A DNA stretch of 64,000 bases from Azolla caroliniana (taxonomy: Eukaryota; Plantae; Polypodiophyta). Every line of letters begins with the position of its first letter. The stretch's first letter is position 1. The notes beneath the pieces were generated by a model. That model was not told the origin of the DNA. It saw nothing but the letters and a program-made list of their open reading frames with translations, and did not search any database. Below, piece by piece: positions 1-12,355 of the stretch. The position numbers were made by a program, and so were the translations under genes. Location of the stretch: contig JBHGNT010000010.1 of the NCBI GenBank assembly GCA_043228905.1, forward strand, positions 3,968,001-4,032,000, in the 5' to 3' direction.

Positions 1-444
1 GTCCTGGCCGGGGGAGCGGGTGCGGGTGCCGGCGAGGAGCTGGGTGCCGACATGGTGGCGGACGAAGTTGTAGAGCGGGAACGAGCGGGAGTCGAGGATC
101 TTGTTGGGCAGGAGGATGGCAGCGTGGGGGTGGGGGTGTGGGTTCGCGTGGTCGGGAGTAAGGCTGGGTGGCGGTTGGTTTTGTGGGTTTTGTCCGGACA
201 AGAGGCTGGAGGATGCCTTGTCGTAGGACGCCCGGACATTGACGAGCTCCGCAGGGAGCTGCGACCGTAGCTCTTCTTCGAAGGCCGGGATCCTGGCCAT
301 GATCGACGTCTTCTCGTTCCTCTCTGTCTCCGATGGGTTCTTCAGCGCGTGCTCCACCATCACCTGCCTCAGCTTCTGCATCAATGGATACGCTAAGCTC
401 GTCGGATCGTCGGCGTACGTGAACACGTACTCGCTCTCCACAGC
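1..444 (-). CDS. PAL: Phenylalanine ammonia-lyase, exon 2 (partial; continues beyond position 1)
   Basis: After a GAGCAG| acceptor the minus strand reads AVESEYVFTYADDPTSLAYPLMQKLRQVMVEHAL...FEEELRSQLP...SRSFPLYNFVR...RSPGQD, the PAL C-terminal region. It is in frame with exon 1 and has no stop up to position 1. Confidence 0.93.
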
Positions 445-1761
445 CTGCTCACACACACAAGCACAGTTTAAGAACAGAACACATCCAAAAACAGAAGAAA
501 AGGAGGGAGGCAAATGAAACCCTAACCCTATTCTTGGGAATGAGATCCCATGTCCCAAAAACCCTAATTTCCTTTAAACCTTTCTGTTCCTTCATTTGTG
601 GTTTCTTCGTTCGTGCTTCAAATTTTTTATTTTTTTAAAAACAAATCCTAACCTGTTTAATCGTGTTCTTCTTGTTTCTCTTTTCTTGCCGTTTTTCTTT
701 TTGATGTACATTATACACATATGTGTGTGTGTGTGTGTATGATTGTTCCAAACAAAAAGAGAAACCCTAATTTCATTCATTCCCTCATAGGAAGGGAAAC
801 CACTTATCAGTGGATCAAGTTGCAGTAGATAGCCTTTTTTTAAAAAAAAGAAGTAAATTATTATTTTGCCTTAAAAACTTTAGTTAAAAAAATGTATGGA
901 GCCTTTATGACTTTACTTTGAGGCCATCCTCTTACACCAAAAGTTTGTCAGACTCTGCAGAATGTGGCCACATGATGAGATCTCATGTGGTGGCAGACAA
1001 TGGATGGCTTTCATAGCCATATATTTACTGTGCTTCCACAGTAATAAAAGTTCTGAAATGACTTTCCACCTAACAACAAAAGGTGTTGGGCACAATGTGT
1101 GCTCATGGTGTCTTCAAGCTGCAAATGTCTTTCTTCTGTATACATATGCCTAAAAAAAAGTGTTTTGCAAAGAGTGTATACATATGTGATGGGGTCCGGC
1201 TTTACCTTTTCCAAGGTCATGTGCTGTATGTGATGGCGAAGGGTTTTCGAGTTTCATTAGAAGTCTCGAGGAACCTTTTCCCAACTTATGTATGAACGAT
1301 TTCCATACATCCTCAGGGTCGGGAAACTTAGAACCTAAACGTTAATGTGAACGAGCTTCTGTGAAGCATTTATTTGGACCTCGGATGGAATTTTGGTCTT
1401 ATGACTCGGGACAAGATGGAGAGAGTGTTTTGTCTTGCCTGACACACCTTGGTGCAGGGGCTCGTTGCAATGGAGCACGAAAATGCATGCAAACCATGCC
1501 CAACTTGTGAAAGCTCAATCATAAGATCGATTCCCTAAAGAGAGTAGAGTAAGCTGGTAGTGACACTCTAGGAATGATACCGAACTAATGTATCTATGTG
1601 AGAGTCTAAAGGATCAAACCAGCTCTGAATATAAAAATGCATTACCATGCAGCCCAACTGAAATTGCAATGCTTGATCAATTTATGAGAGCATTCATTGT
1701 ATGTGCCTAATGTGGTATAAGGAATCCAAACATTGCATGACTATTGTAAGGAGTCTAATAC
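445..1761 (-). other. PAL intron (1317 bp, GT-AG, phase 0)
   Basis: GT at 1761-1760 and AG at 446-445. Splicing joins EKDLLQ|AVESEYVF, matching the conserved EKDLL..V..EYVF segment. Confidence 0.92.
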
Positions 1762-3504
1762 CTGTAATAGATCCTTCTCACAGAACCTCGAAGGAAGTAG
1801 CATGCCATCATCACTAGTTGTGAGTGTCTTCTTGGCCACTTGTGAAACCACTCTCTTCACAGCTGCTTGCAGATTCTCTTCCAAATGTCTCAGATCAATG
1901 GCTTGGCATAGACCCACCAAATAAGTAGCACTCATCAGCTTCAATATTTCGATGGCCTCTGTGGTCTTCCGGGCCGAAATTAGCCCTAACGAATTCACAT
2001 CTTGATTGTGTTGCTCGGCACTTTGCACATGATTGGTTACAGGATTGGCAAGATATTCCAATTCAGATGTATATGAAGCCATGGCTATTTCACCTCCTTT
2101 AAGCCCATAATCGAGGCTTGGATTTGGTCCCGCGCTCAGATTAGAGGGCAACCCATTGTTATAGAAATCATTCACGAGCTCGGAGAATTGGGCAAACATA
2201 AGCTTCCCGATCGAGGATATAGCAAGGCGAATGTTATCCATGGATGTGCCGATGGGTGTACCTTGGAAATTGCCTCCATGGAGGGCGAGATCTCGGGACA
2301 CATCGATGATTGGGTTGTCGTTAACCGAATTGATCTCACGTTGGATAAGCTGGGTGGAAAACCTTATAACCTCAATCTGAGGGCCGAGCCATTGAGGAGA
2401 TGTCCTCAATGCATACCGATCTTGCTTGGGTTTCGTGAGAGCATCTATACCATGTAGTTTCCCTGCGGCCTTTGAGAAGGCACTCCCTTGGAGGATATAT
2501 TCCATCATGGCCGCAGCTTCGATCTGTCCGGGATGATGCTTGAGACGATGGGTTAATGGATCGGTGAACTCGGGTTTTCCGTTCATCACTTCACAAAACA
2601 TAGCGGATGTGATGACGGAGAAAAGAGATAAGATATGGGCATCGAAGCAAACCATGGAAGCTAAGCCCGCGCCTACGGCTGTGCCATTCACTATAGCGAG
2701 CCCCTCCTTCGGCTTGAGCTCAAATGGCTTCTCTACCCCAATGCTCTTAAGAGCTTCGATGGCGGTGATGATCTTCCCATCGGCATTCATCGCCCTCGAG
2801 TTGGGGCGGCCGGTCACAAGGCCCGCGAGGTAGGAAAGTGGGACGAGGTCTCCGGACGCGGTGATGGTGCCTCGGAGGGGGAGCATGGGTGTAATCCCAG
2901 CATTAAGGAGCTTCTCGATGGTGGCGAGAATCTCCCATCGGATTCCGGAATATCCTTGCATCAAGGTGTTGGTACGAACGAGTACCGCGGCTCTGGAGGC
3001 ATCGGTGGGGAGAGCATTGTTCGCGGACTTACCGAAGATACCCGCATTAAGGAAGCGGATGAGCTCTTTCTGGAGCTCCACGCCTTGGGACGTGCGGCGG
3101 TGCGAGGTGGCGCCATAGCCGGTGGTGACACCATAGACGTCGCAACCCTTCATGATTTTGTTTTGGACCCAAGCGGAGCTTTCGTCGACGCGGGATTTGG
3201 CGGCCAGTTCATTGAGCTCGATACGGACATCGGGGCGGCGGGCGATGGCCGTCACGTGGGCGACCGTGAGGGAGGTCCCTTCGATCTTCACGTCCGAGGA
3301 GTTGAGGAAAGTGGAGGTCATGGATTTGACGTCGTCGAAGAAAGTGGAGGAGACGGCGGAGGCAGCCTTGACCCAATTGAGAGGGTCGGCGGCATCGCAG
3401 ATGTCGAGGGCAGGGGAAGGAGACGGGGACGAAGAGCATTTTACGACGGGGACGGTGTGAACCGAAGGGGTCGGGTAAGAAGCAATCTCTGCACCAGCAA
3501 CCAT
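1762..3504 (-). CDS. PAL: Phenylalanine ammonia-lyase, exon 1 (581 codons)
   Basis: Motifs [29 protein letters not shown], the MIO-forming [39 protein letters not shown] and [13 protein letters not shown]. Similarity ends at RFCEKDLLQ, followed by a CAG|GTATTAG donor (phase 0). Confidence 0.97.
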
Positions 3505-3509
3505 TGTGT

Positions 3510-3585
3510 CTTGACTTGGCTTGGCTTGACTTGACTTGACTTGGCTGGACTGAACTTATTAAGCCTTGTAACTAGGAAACTCTTC

Positions 3586-3616
<31 letters not shown>

Positions 3617-3632
3617 AACACAAACACACAAA
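3510..3632. repeat. Pentamer (GACTT/GGCTT)n and (CA)n/(CAAACA)n microsatellites just upstream of the PAL ATG
   Basis: Directly visible simple repeats at 3510-3546 and 3586-3630. Confidence 0.85.
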
Positions 3633-3866
3633 GGGAGGTAGAGAGGGAGAGAGACAAGAGGAAGGAGCAGAGCTACTCTGTTTTAACAAGATATGAGTAG
3701 AGATGGATGGGAGAGGGAAAAGCTCTACACTCTTTCTAGTTCTGTTTGTCTGTCTGTCTCTCCCTTACTCACACTCACTCTGTGTGTAGGTGTCTATATG
3801 GTGGGGGTGAAGATGGATGGAATAGATCAGTCAGTGGTGATGAGAGAGAGAATGGGGGGGCATGAA

Positions 3867-3877
3867 TATATATATAT
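3867..3877 (-). promoter_or_regulatory. Candidate TATA box for PAL, flanked by AC-rich (CCCCACC/CACCTAC) stretches
   Basis: TATATATATA about 360 bp upstream of the ATG. AC-rich motifs are typical of PAL promoters, but there is no transcript evidence here. Confidence 0.3.
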
Positions 3878-4104
3878 GTGGTGGGGTGGGGGGTGTGTGC
3901 ATATGCAGACTACTAGGTCATCATCAGTTATGGAGTGCACGAGGAAAATGCTGTTTGCTTTGCATTATGATGAACCAACAAGGAGCTCACCATGATTGAT
4001 CATACATATACAATACATATATGCAGGGGGGATGGATAAGAGTTTAGAGAGAGAGAGAGAAAAGGGTGAAGTCTGCATGGCTGTACCCTGAATCTGCAGA
4101 CATG

Positions 4105-4138
4105 GCCATGTCTTCTCTCTCTCTCTCTCTCTCTCTCT
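4105..4138. repeat. (CT)n microsatellite
   Basis: Visible dinucleotide run. Confidence 0.9.
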
Positions 4139-5510
4139 TACTCCAATTTTTTCTCTCCTAATTTTTCCCCTTACAAATCTCATAATTCTGTCTGCCTCTC
4201 TCTCTCTTTTGATTTTTTTTTTAGCTTTTTGTTTCAATTGGTTTTTTCTTCTTTCCCAATTCCCCCCTCCCTCTGTTTCAATTGGTTTTTTCTTTCCCTT
4301 CTTATTAATTGTTTGGTTTATGAATTTTCCTTGTGAGGTTTTCTTTTCCTCTGTTTCAATTGGTTTTTTCTTTCTCTTCTTATTAATGTTTTTGTATTTT
4401 TGTATTTTTTTTTCTTTTTATTTGCTGTGCTTTATTTTGTTTTAAGGGGATATTTTTGCTTTGTATTTTTATTTTCTGATACCTTTTTGGCTGTATTTTT
4501 GTTTGTATTTCTTTTGGTATTTGTGGTATTTGGGGTTGTGAGTTTGCTGAATTTGTTGTGGTGTTTTAGGTTATAATTTTGGTGTATTTATTTTGGTATT
4601 TTGAGTCTGTATTTATTCTTGATTATTTATTTTGTACATAGCTTATGGTTTATGGTTTAGGTACCTTTTACATTGGGACCATGAGCCACATCCACATCCA
4701 AACCCTTTGACCTCCCGCTTCTTTTCGAGAGACTTGGATGGAAATGAAACTAGGCCTATTATAAAGCCATTTCTTTATAGAACATGTTTTTTTTTATTAC
4801 AACTCTTTAGCTTAAGTTTTATTTTTATTTTTATTTTTATTTTTACTTTCGATGAATGGTGTTGTAAACCAATTGTCTCATGGGCCAATTTTGGTCTTCG
4901 AAGATGTTACTATATATTTCTTTCTTTCTTTCTTGATGTATTTGTAGTTTTGTGGTATTTATTTTGGTGTTCCGTATTTCTTGTTATATTTGTTTTGATG
5001 TATTTCTAGTTTTGTTGTATATGTTTTGATATATTTGAGTTTGTATTTGCTTTTTTATTTTCTGCATTATGTTTTTATTTGGGTTTGATATTTCCCTTTT
5101 GTATTTCTTCTTTTAATTTTTCTGCCATTTATATTATTTTGTTTTAGAGAAAGGTTCATATTTTTCTATTTTATTTTAGTTTTCCAAAATATATGTATTT
5201 ATTTATTGAGTAATTTTTTTTTTAATCGAATGCTAATTGATATTTAATTCAAACTACATATTTTATTTGTCTAGTTTAAATTAATTACTTGTTTTTTTAA
5301 TTAGATTGTTTGTTGATCTATTTACTGGAAATTTATTCATTGTTATTTAATTAGATAGTTTATCTATTTAATTTAAATTGATTATTTATTTAGATTGTTT
5401 TAAGAATCTATTATTCTAATTAACATTTTATTTATTTACTTTAAATGAATACTTCTATTTATTTACTTTAATTCAAATTTATTTATTTATTTTCATTGAT
5501 TTGAAAATTT

Positions 5511-5514
<4 letters not shown>

Positions 5515-5546
<32 letters not shown>
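5515..5546. repeat. (CT)n microsatellite ending a T-rich low-complexity tract (~4200-5510)
   Basis: Visible dinucleotide run. Confidence 0.9.
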
Positions 5547-5549
<3 letters not shown>

Positions 5550-7109
5550 CACGTTCCATGAGCTATGCCCAAACATGCATTCCTTGGCCACCCCTCTTAC
5601 ACATCAACACCCCCCCCCCCCCCTTCCCTTTCTCTTTATTACTCAAAAGCATTAATTAAGGTCTACATTCTCCTTGTCTCCTCTCTCCCAATGTGCTCCA
5701 CGGGCCATGGCCCATCGAATTCCTCTCAACCTCGTTGGCACCTAGTTTTCTCAACTCTTTCTCTTTTTTCCTGCTTCCTTTTATGATGAACCCTTTCTAA
5801 GCTTGTTGTGTTGTTGCACTTTTACACCACCTTCTCTTTTTGAGCATAGGGCTTCAACTTCAGAGCCTGGCGTTTCGAATGCATTTTCGAAGTTTAGCGT
5901 GCTGGAAAAAACCTTGTGAGGGATTCCTTATCTAGTTATCATTACACGAGGGATGTACACCCCTAGGAAGCCCTTTATATGAATCATCCTAGGAAGCCCT
6001 TTTATATGACTCATCAAGAAATGCACCCAACGCCCAAAAATGGGGCACTTTTGCGAATGGAATCACCATCCGTTTTTGTACATAGCATTGAACATGACTT
6101 GATTTTCATTGCATCTGGCATCTTTCTCGTGTTAAGGATTAATGGTTGTCGTGTGCAATGGAAAACCATTGAGCTAACTTATAAGATAACCATAATTCCA
6201 AGCATCATTGATGAGAAATTAATGTTAACTACTTGTCAATCATTTGGAAGAGGAGAAGTTTAAGTCTAAATTGGGCGCATTAATTAAAAGGGGCACCCAT
6301 GCAAACCTCTTGCTTTAGATCTATTTATCTACAAACCTTAAGGCGTCATTCGTGCATAACATGGGAGAGAAATGCCTTCCTTTTAAAGAAGTCATGCTTT
6401 TCATGTAAGGCATTTTTTTATTTCCTAATGCTTGGGGAACCCCTAAAGTTGTTGTCCCATGTCATTGCTCTAACTTCATTTTAAGTGAATTGATTAATAT
6501 TTTAAGGCGAAAAGTTTCAGATCTAGCTTTTGTAGTGTACCAACTACCAAGGTATTAAGGATTTACCCATTTTATATTGCATCAAACAAAGTGGGGGTAA
6601 GGATACGTACTTCTATCAATACAATTTTTTGCTAAATGAATAAACTTGTCGTCATCGAGGTAATAAATCGTAAACATCCTCAATCTTGAAATTGGTAAGA
6701 TCCTTCGTAGGTACTCCTGAGTCCCATGTTTGGCAACAATTTTTTTATTACCTAGCTATGCCACACACATAAATTTCCAAGATTTGAATCCACTTACTCT
6801 CCATTCATGAGTATATATTTCTATTCGTGTTTACTAAGTGATCAAATTGTGAACCATGTTTGTTATTAGATTGGCCCCACATGTGCATAACTTCATTCTT
6901 TTCCTCATCTTAATTCATCTTGTCATAATTACTAATACAGTGGAACCAAGACACATAAGTCTCATAGTTGATACTTGTATAATTCGTCATAAGATGGAGT
7001 AGAAACTAATATAAGAAGATGATTCTAAATTTGGCAAATGACAACATAGTCCACAATAGTTAATAAAAGGTCGGCCAGTTGTCATTTTTGTACAACATAT
7101 ATGTCACTA

Positions 7110-7632
7110 TATAATAGGGTAAAAATTAGTACAAGAAGATGACATGGAATTCAACATGTGACATTATAATCTACAATTGGTAAAAAGATTGAATCCTCCC
7201 GTGCATAGTAGTAAAACATTTTTGAAAAAGGTATAATACGGTAAAAATTAGTACAAGAAGATGATATGAAATTCAACATGTGGCATTATAACCCACAATT
7301 GCTAAAAATATTGAAGCCATTATAATCTACAATTGGTAAAAAGATTGAATCCTCCCGTGCATATTAGTAAAACATTTTTGAAAAAGGTATAATAGGGTAA
7401 AAATTAGTACAAGAAGATGATATGAAATTCAACATGTGGCATTATAACCCACAATTGCTAAAAATATTGAAGCCACTATAATCTACAATTGGTAAAAAGA
7501 TTGAATCCTCCCGTGCATAGTACTAAAACCTTTTTGAAAAAGGTATAATAGGGTAAAAATTAGGACAAGAAGATGATATGAAATTCAACATGTTGCATTA
7601 TAACCCACAATTGCTAAAAATATTGAAGCCAC
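7110..7632. repeat. Tandem repeat, ~156-bp unit (first unit ~122 bp), about 3.5 copies
   Basis: ATAATAGGGTAAAAATTAGTACAAGAAGATGA recurs near 7111, 7233, 7389 and 7545, with near-identical intervening sequence. Confidence 0.9.
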
Positions 7633-7699
7633 TTTTACAAGACACCCTATTTTCTCATTTGTTTGTAGTGAGTGTGGGTTCCAGGTAGCAATGGGCACG

Positions 7700-7882
7700 G
7701 TTTCGGCTCGAACCGAACCGAACCGAACCGTTAAACCGTGGCTTAACGGTTTATCGGTTCAAAATTAAATAATGAGTTTGGTTTGGTTTAAAGAATGTAA
7801 GTTCGTTTTGGTTTCGGTTCAGTTCAGTTTAACATTTATCGGTTTATCGGTTTAACGGTTTCTATTAATTTGGTTCGGTTTA
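7700..7882. repeat. hAT left subterminal repeat array (AACCG/CGGTT)
   Basis: GAACCGAACCGAACCG and many TCGGTT/TTGGTT pentamers, as expected for transposase-binding sites. Confidence 0.8.
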
Positions 7883-8287
7883 TAGGTTTATAGGTTCTTA
7901 CCCTACCCCTAAATTTTCAAATTTATAAATTATACCCTTCCTATGTTTACTATGGGCATTGGGCATTGGGTAATAGACCTAAGACTAGTAGTAAGTATAA
8001 ACTACAGTCGGTAACTGAGCAATGAGTACTAAGTAGGTTGTATCTACAGACTACTATCGAACGAACGGAAGGGATTCAGGAGGCGCACTACGCAGGTGGC
8101 ACTGTGCAGGCTGAGGCGGCAACGACCAATCACCACTTCATTGCTCTTCAAACTCTAGAATGCAGACTTCTAAGTTCTAATCGTGTTCTTTTCTCCACTC
8201 CTCAATTATCCATACTCTAGTCCTCTTATTGTTGCTATTGCTGCATATATAACACAGGTATGATTCATCTTTGAATCTAAAGTTGAA

Positions 8288-9420
8288 TCAGGTTTTTCTA
8301 TCATGGCCGATTGGACACTCCAGATCAATAGTAATGCCAGTAATGTGTGCTTCGACAACTTGCAAATCAATCAAAAGATTCCCAGTTTCCTCAATTTCTA
8401 TACATTCACCTGGCTTCAACATATTCTCCTTAGCATCCTGGTCACTTTGCAAGTTCATGCCGAAGTCATCCATGGTTTTGTCTATCTGACTTTGTCCTAA
8501 TGCCGCATGCATAAATTGATCGCAATATGGTCAAATTTGGGGTCTCTGATTCATTTTCCTCCTTATTGCAAAGTGCAAGACATTTTGCTTCTCTACAGTG
8601 TGACCATTTCCAAAATCAGTAACAGGATTGCCAATCTGATTTTGTCCTAACTCAGTTGAATCTAAGGGCTTTGACCTAGTTTTCTCCCTTTTTGCAATGA
8701 ATACATTCTGCTCGTTCACATTCTGATCATTTTGCAAGTCCATGCCAGAATCACCCATGCTATTGTCGATCTGAGTTTTTCCTAATGTGGAAATTGGCCC
8801 CAATATGGTCAAATTTGGGGTCTCTTTTTCATTTTCCTCCTTGTCAGCAAATTTGAAGACATTTTGCTCCTTTGCATTGGAACCATTTCCAGATTCGGTA
8901 ATGGTATTACCAATCTAAGCTTGTCCTAACCCAATTAAATCTATGGGCTCTGACCCAGTTTTCTCTCTTTCTGCAATGAATACATTCTGGTCATTCACAT
9001 CCTGATCATTTTGCAAATCCATGCCAGAGTCAACCATGGCATTGTCGATCTAAGTTTTTCCTAATGTGGAAATTGACCCTAATATGGTTTAATTTGGGGT
9101 CTGTGATTCACTTTCCTCATCTGTAAATCTGAAGACATTTTGCTCCCCTACATTGTGACCATTTTTAGAATCAGTAATTGAATTGGCAATCTGAGTTTGT
9201 CCTAACCCAGTTGAATCTAGGGGTTTTGATCTAGTTTTATCCCTTTCTGCATCTAAAACATTTTGCTCATTAATTTCTTGATCATTTTGCAAGAACATTC
9301 CAGATTCAACAATGGCACTGTTAATCTAAGTTTGTTCTAATGTCAAAATTGATTCTCTTTCTGCATTCAAATCATTTTGATAAGGCAAATCTAATTCATG
9401 GCAGGTAAAATTGAAGGTTT
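8288..9420 (-). pseudogene. Decayed antisense ORF inside the hAT, encoding ~93-aa tandem repeats (product unknown)
   Basis: Repeat period 279/278 bp (AATATGG anchor at 9081, 8802, 8524). The peptide unit LGKTQIDN..DSGMDLQNDQ..NEQNV..KTRSKPLDST.LGQ.QI recurs. Most stops are TAG where other copies have CAG. Confidence 0.6.
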
Positions 9421-10008
9421 TTAGCAAAGAAACTTGTAGATATATTCAAAGAAACATGATAAAATGTTATACCTCTAGTTTCCACCTGATATGTTCAACT
9501 AAACTATGTTCAGAAATAGCACTGATTATTTGGCTATCAAAATTATGTACATATATTGGCTTGATTTGATTATCAAGGTTCAAACTTATGTGCTCTGATT
9601 GAAGTTATCTCCGCAATAATTAACCCTAAATCTATTTATTTCTAGCTTCACAATAAGCTTTTTATGCATACATACTTTGCATTGGATTGTTGAACAATAC
9701 TCGTAAAGACAACATATGTATTAACATGTACAATCTTTCTTTCCCTGAAGTGTAACAATTTCTATGTTAACATGTCTTCTTTCTCTTAAGTGTAACAATG
9801 TATATTTCTATGTTAACATGTCTTCTTTCTCTGAAGTGTTTATAACAATTTGGAATTATGGTATTGCAGAATGTTTGCCATTGGACATAATGGTTGTTTT
9901 TATGTTCGTAGCTAACTTAGCAAACATTCTATTTCATTTATTTATCTCATTATCATGTATTTGAAATGTGCTAATTGAGTTTATTGAATTTTATAGGAAC
10001 ACCATAAA

Positions 10009-12084
10009 ATGGAATCATCATCTCAAACTAGTGTTGTAGTGGACTCATCTTCAATTGATGTTAGCCGTGGGTCAACAAGTAGCTCAAGAAAAAGACAACG
10101 CACATCATGGACAGATGCTCACATCATAATTTATATGGATAATGGCACACCTCAACGACGATGCCATCATTGCCATGTTTGTTGGTTTTCTACAACATCC
10201 ACAGGCACTATAGCCAAACATTTAGCAGAAAAACATCGTTTATCAAGCGACCCAGACCAAAATTCAGGTATATCACAACACATTCAATCTTCAATTGAGT
10301 CTGCTAGAGTATCTCATGTTTTAGAGAAGAAAATTGATGTTGCCATCACGAAATATATTGAGAAGGGAACATTGCCCCATGCACATGTGGAATCACCTGA
10401 ATTTAAGGAGTTCATACAACAAATTGTACTCGGATATCAAGTAAAGACAAGACGCACGATTAAGCGTTCCATCCTAGAAATGTATGTGGTGTTGTGTCAT
10501 CAGGTGATAGATTTGCTATCGAAATGCCAATCAAGATTTTCCATAACTTTTGATGGTTGGTCAAATAGTAGTCTGAAGAGCTTCTACTCAGTGACACTTC
10601 ATTGGGCATGTCATGAGACAGCAAGGTTGAGGTCAATGTTATTGGATTTTGTGCATGTATTTCCAGGTGTTGGATCAGGGAAGCATTGTGCACATGCCCT
10701 CTTTGCTCGACTTCGATCCTTTGATATTTCTAGTCGCCTCTTAGCTACAATTTTTGATGGAGCGAGTGATGCACAAGTAGCTGCAAAGGAGTTGAGTATG
10801 TTGTTACAAGATGAGCATGGTAAGGAAATTTTGGCTCCATCACATATGTTAAGATGTATGGTACACACTTTTCAGTTGGGTATCAAGGCAACACTAGAGG
10901 TTATCTCACCCTCAACAGAAAAGTTGAGAACAATGCTCCATACTATTAAATCTAGCAAGGTTTGAAGGGAAGTGTTTAGGAAGTATGCTAGGATGGTTGA
11001 ACATCATGAAAGGGAACCCCCAAGGCTTGATGTTGTTACAAGATGGAATTCTACCTTGGAAATGTTTAGGCAAGCTATCAAGGACAGAGATGTATTGAAT
11101 TTTACAATTTCAGATTTAACAATATCAAGTAATTTCAAAGGTTATGTCTTGACCGGACAAGATTGGAGTCACATACATGCCATGGCGGAATGGCTAGATA
11201 CACCGGCTAAGGTTTCTACTTTTCTAGGAGGGTCAAGATATCCTACATTATCACTAGCATCACTAGCATATAATTGTTTACTAAATCATTGTAATCAATT
11301 TTTAGATTCTTCACTTCCAGGATCATCTAGATTCACATAAGAGGTGCTTCAAAGAGCGTCTGAGAACTGCTTACAATATTTAATTAAGTATCAAGAATCG
11401 TTAAAGTCTATTCCATCTCGCATAACAATGTTTCTTGATCCCAGGTAATGCTTACCTTTATATCGTACAATTATCATCATGATTTCTGATTTTTTATTTG
11501 AGTTTAAAACTGTTTTATTTGTTTTATAGATTGCCTCTTCCAAATAATCATACAGAAAGAGAGTTAGATATTAAGTTGGTTGAAAGCATGATTGAGTTCC
11601 ATTATCACTCGTTCACGAGTGATGTTGAACCACCTTCGGCTTCAACCACAATACATGAAAATGATAAGAACTCTAAAATTTGGACGTTAATGGGTGTAAA
11701 TAATAAAAGTCTTGTTTCTGATTCACGATCATAAATTGAGCACTTTATGAGACTTCCTTTGGCTGGCACGGACAAGGATCCTTTACAATGGTGGAATGAT
11801 AATAAATCAACAATCCCTTCACTATATAGGATGTCATATGATTACCTCACTATATCAGCATCATCAGTACCTGCTGAAGAGGCTAATTCGGCAGCAAAAA
11901 TGACCTTTGATAACAAGATCAAACTACATTCATGCACTTTCAAAGCTGAAATGTGCATTCGATCATGGATGGATGTTTTAAAAGAATGTAATGTTCAGTT
12001 GATAGATAATTTTCACACCACTTATGCAGAACTAACAATGAATTTGGATGATCTTGTTGCTGAAGACGGGGTAATAGATTACAT
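10009..12084 (+). pseudogene. hAT transposase (BED zinc finger, RNase-H-like DDE core, hATC dimerization domain), inactivated
   Basis: CHHC...HLAEKH BED finger; FSITFDGWS; RCMVH (CxxH); LDVVTRWNST; DPLQWW...SSVPAE. Stops end the ORFs at 10965, 11340 and 11734. Probable intron ~11444-11529. C-terminus cut by the LINE insertion. Confidence 0.92.
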
Positions 12085-12355
12085 TTTTTTTTATTACCAA
12101 AAACCACAACTCGCATTAGTTAACAAATAGAATACAACAAAGTTTATCCAAATCCACAATGGGATCAACATATACAACCTTGAGAAACAACTCCAAAACT
12201 ATCAACCAAAAACAACAAAAAACTCAACTCAAGCAAAATTGAATTAAACCCTATTTTACCCTGATTCTACAACTCCCAACTAACTCTTTTCTAACAACAT
12301 TATCTAGGTAACATGACTATACTGATGCACGTTTGTGTCAGCTATACACTCATAA

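Noticed and set aside
1741-1761. PAL ending at the stop at 1741 (587-aa truncated protein)
   Set aside because: A splice donor at 1761 and an in-frame exon 2 supply the missing C-terminus.
2540-3534. Plus-strand ORFs overlapping PAL
   Set aside because: Antisense shadows of a GC-rich coding exon.
4209-5009. Hydrophobic Phe/Leu-rich ORFs (also 28312-28851)
   Set aside because: Translations of T-rich low-complexity non-coding DNA.
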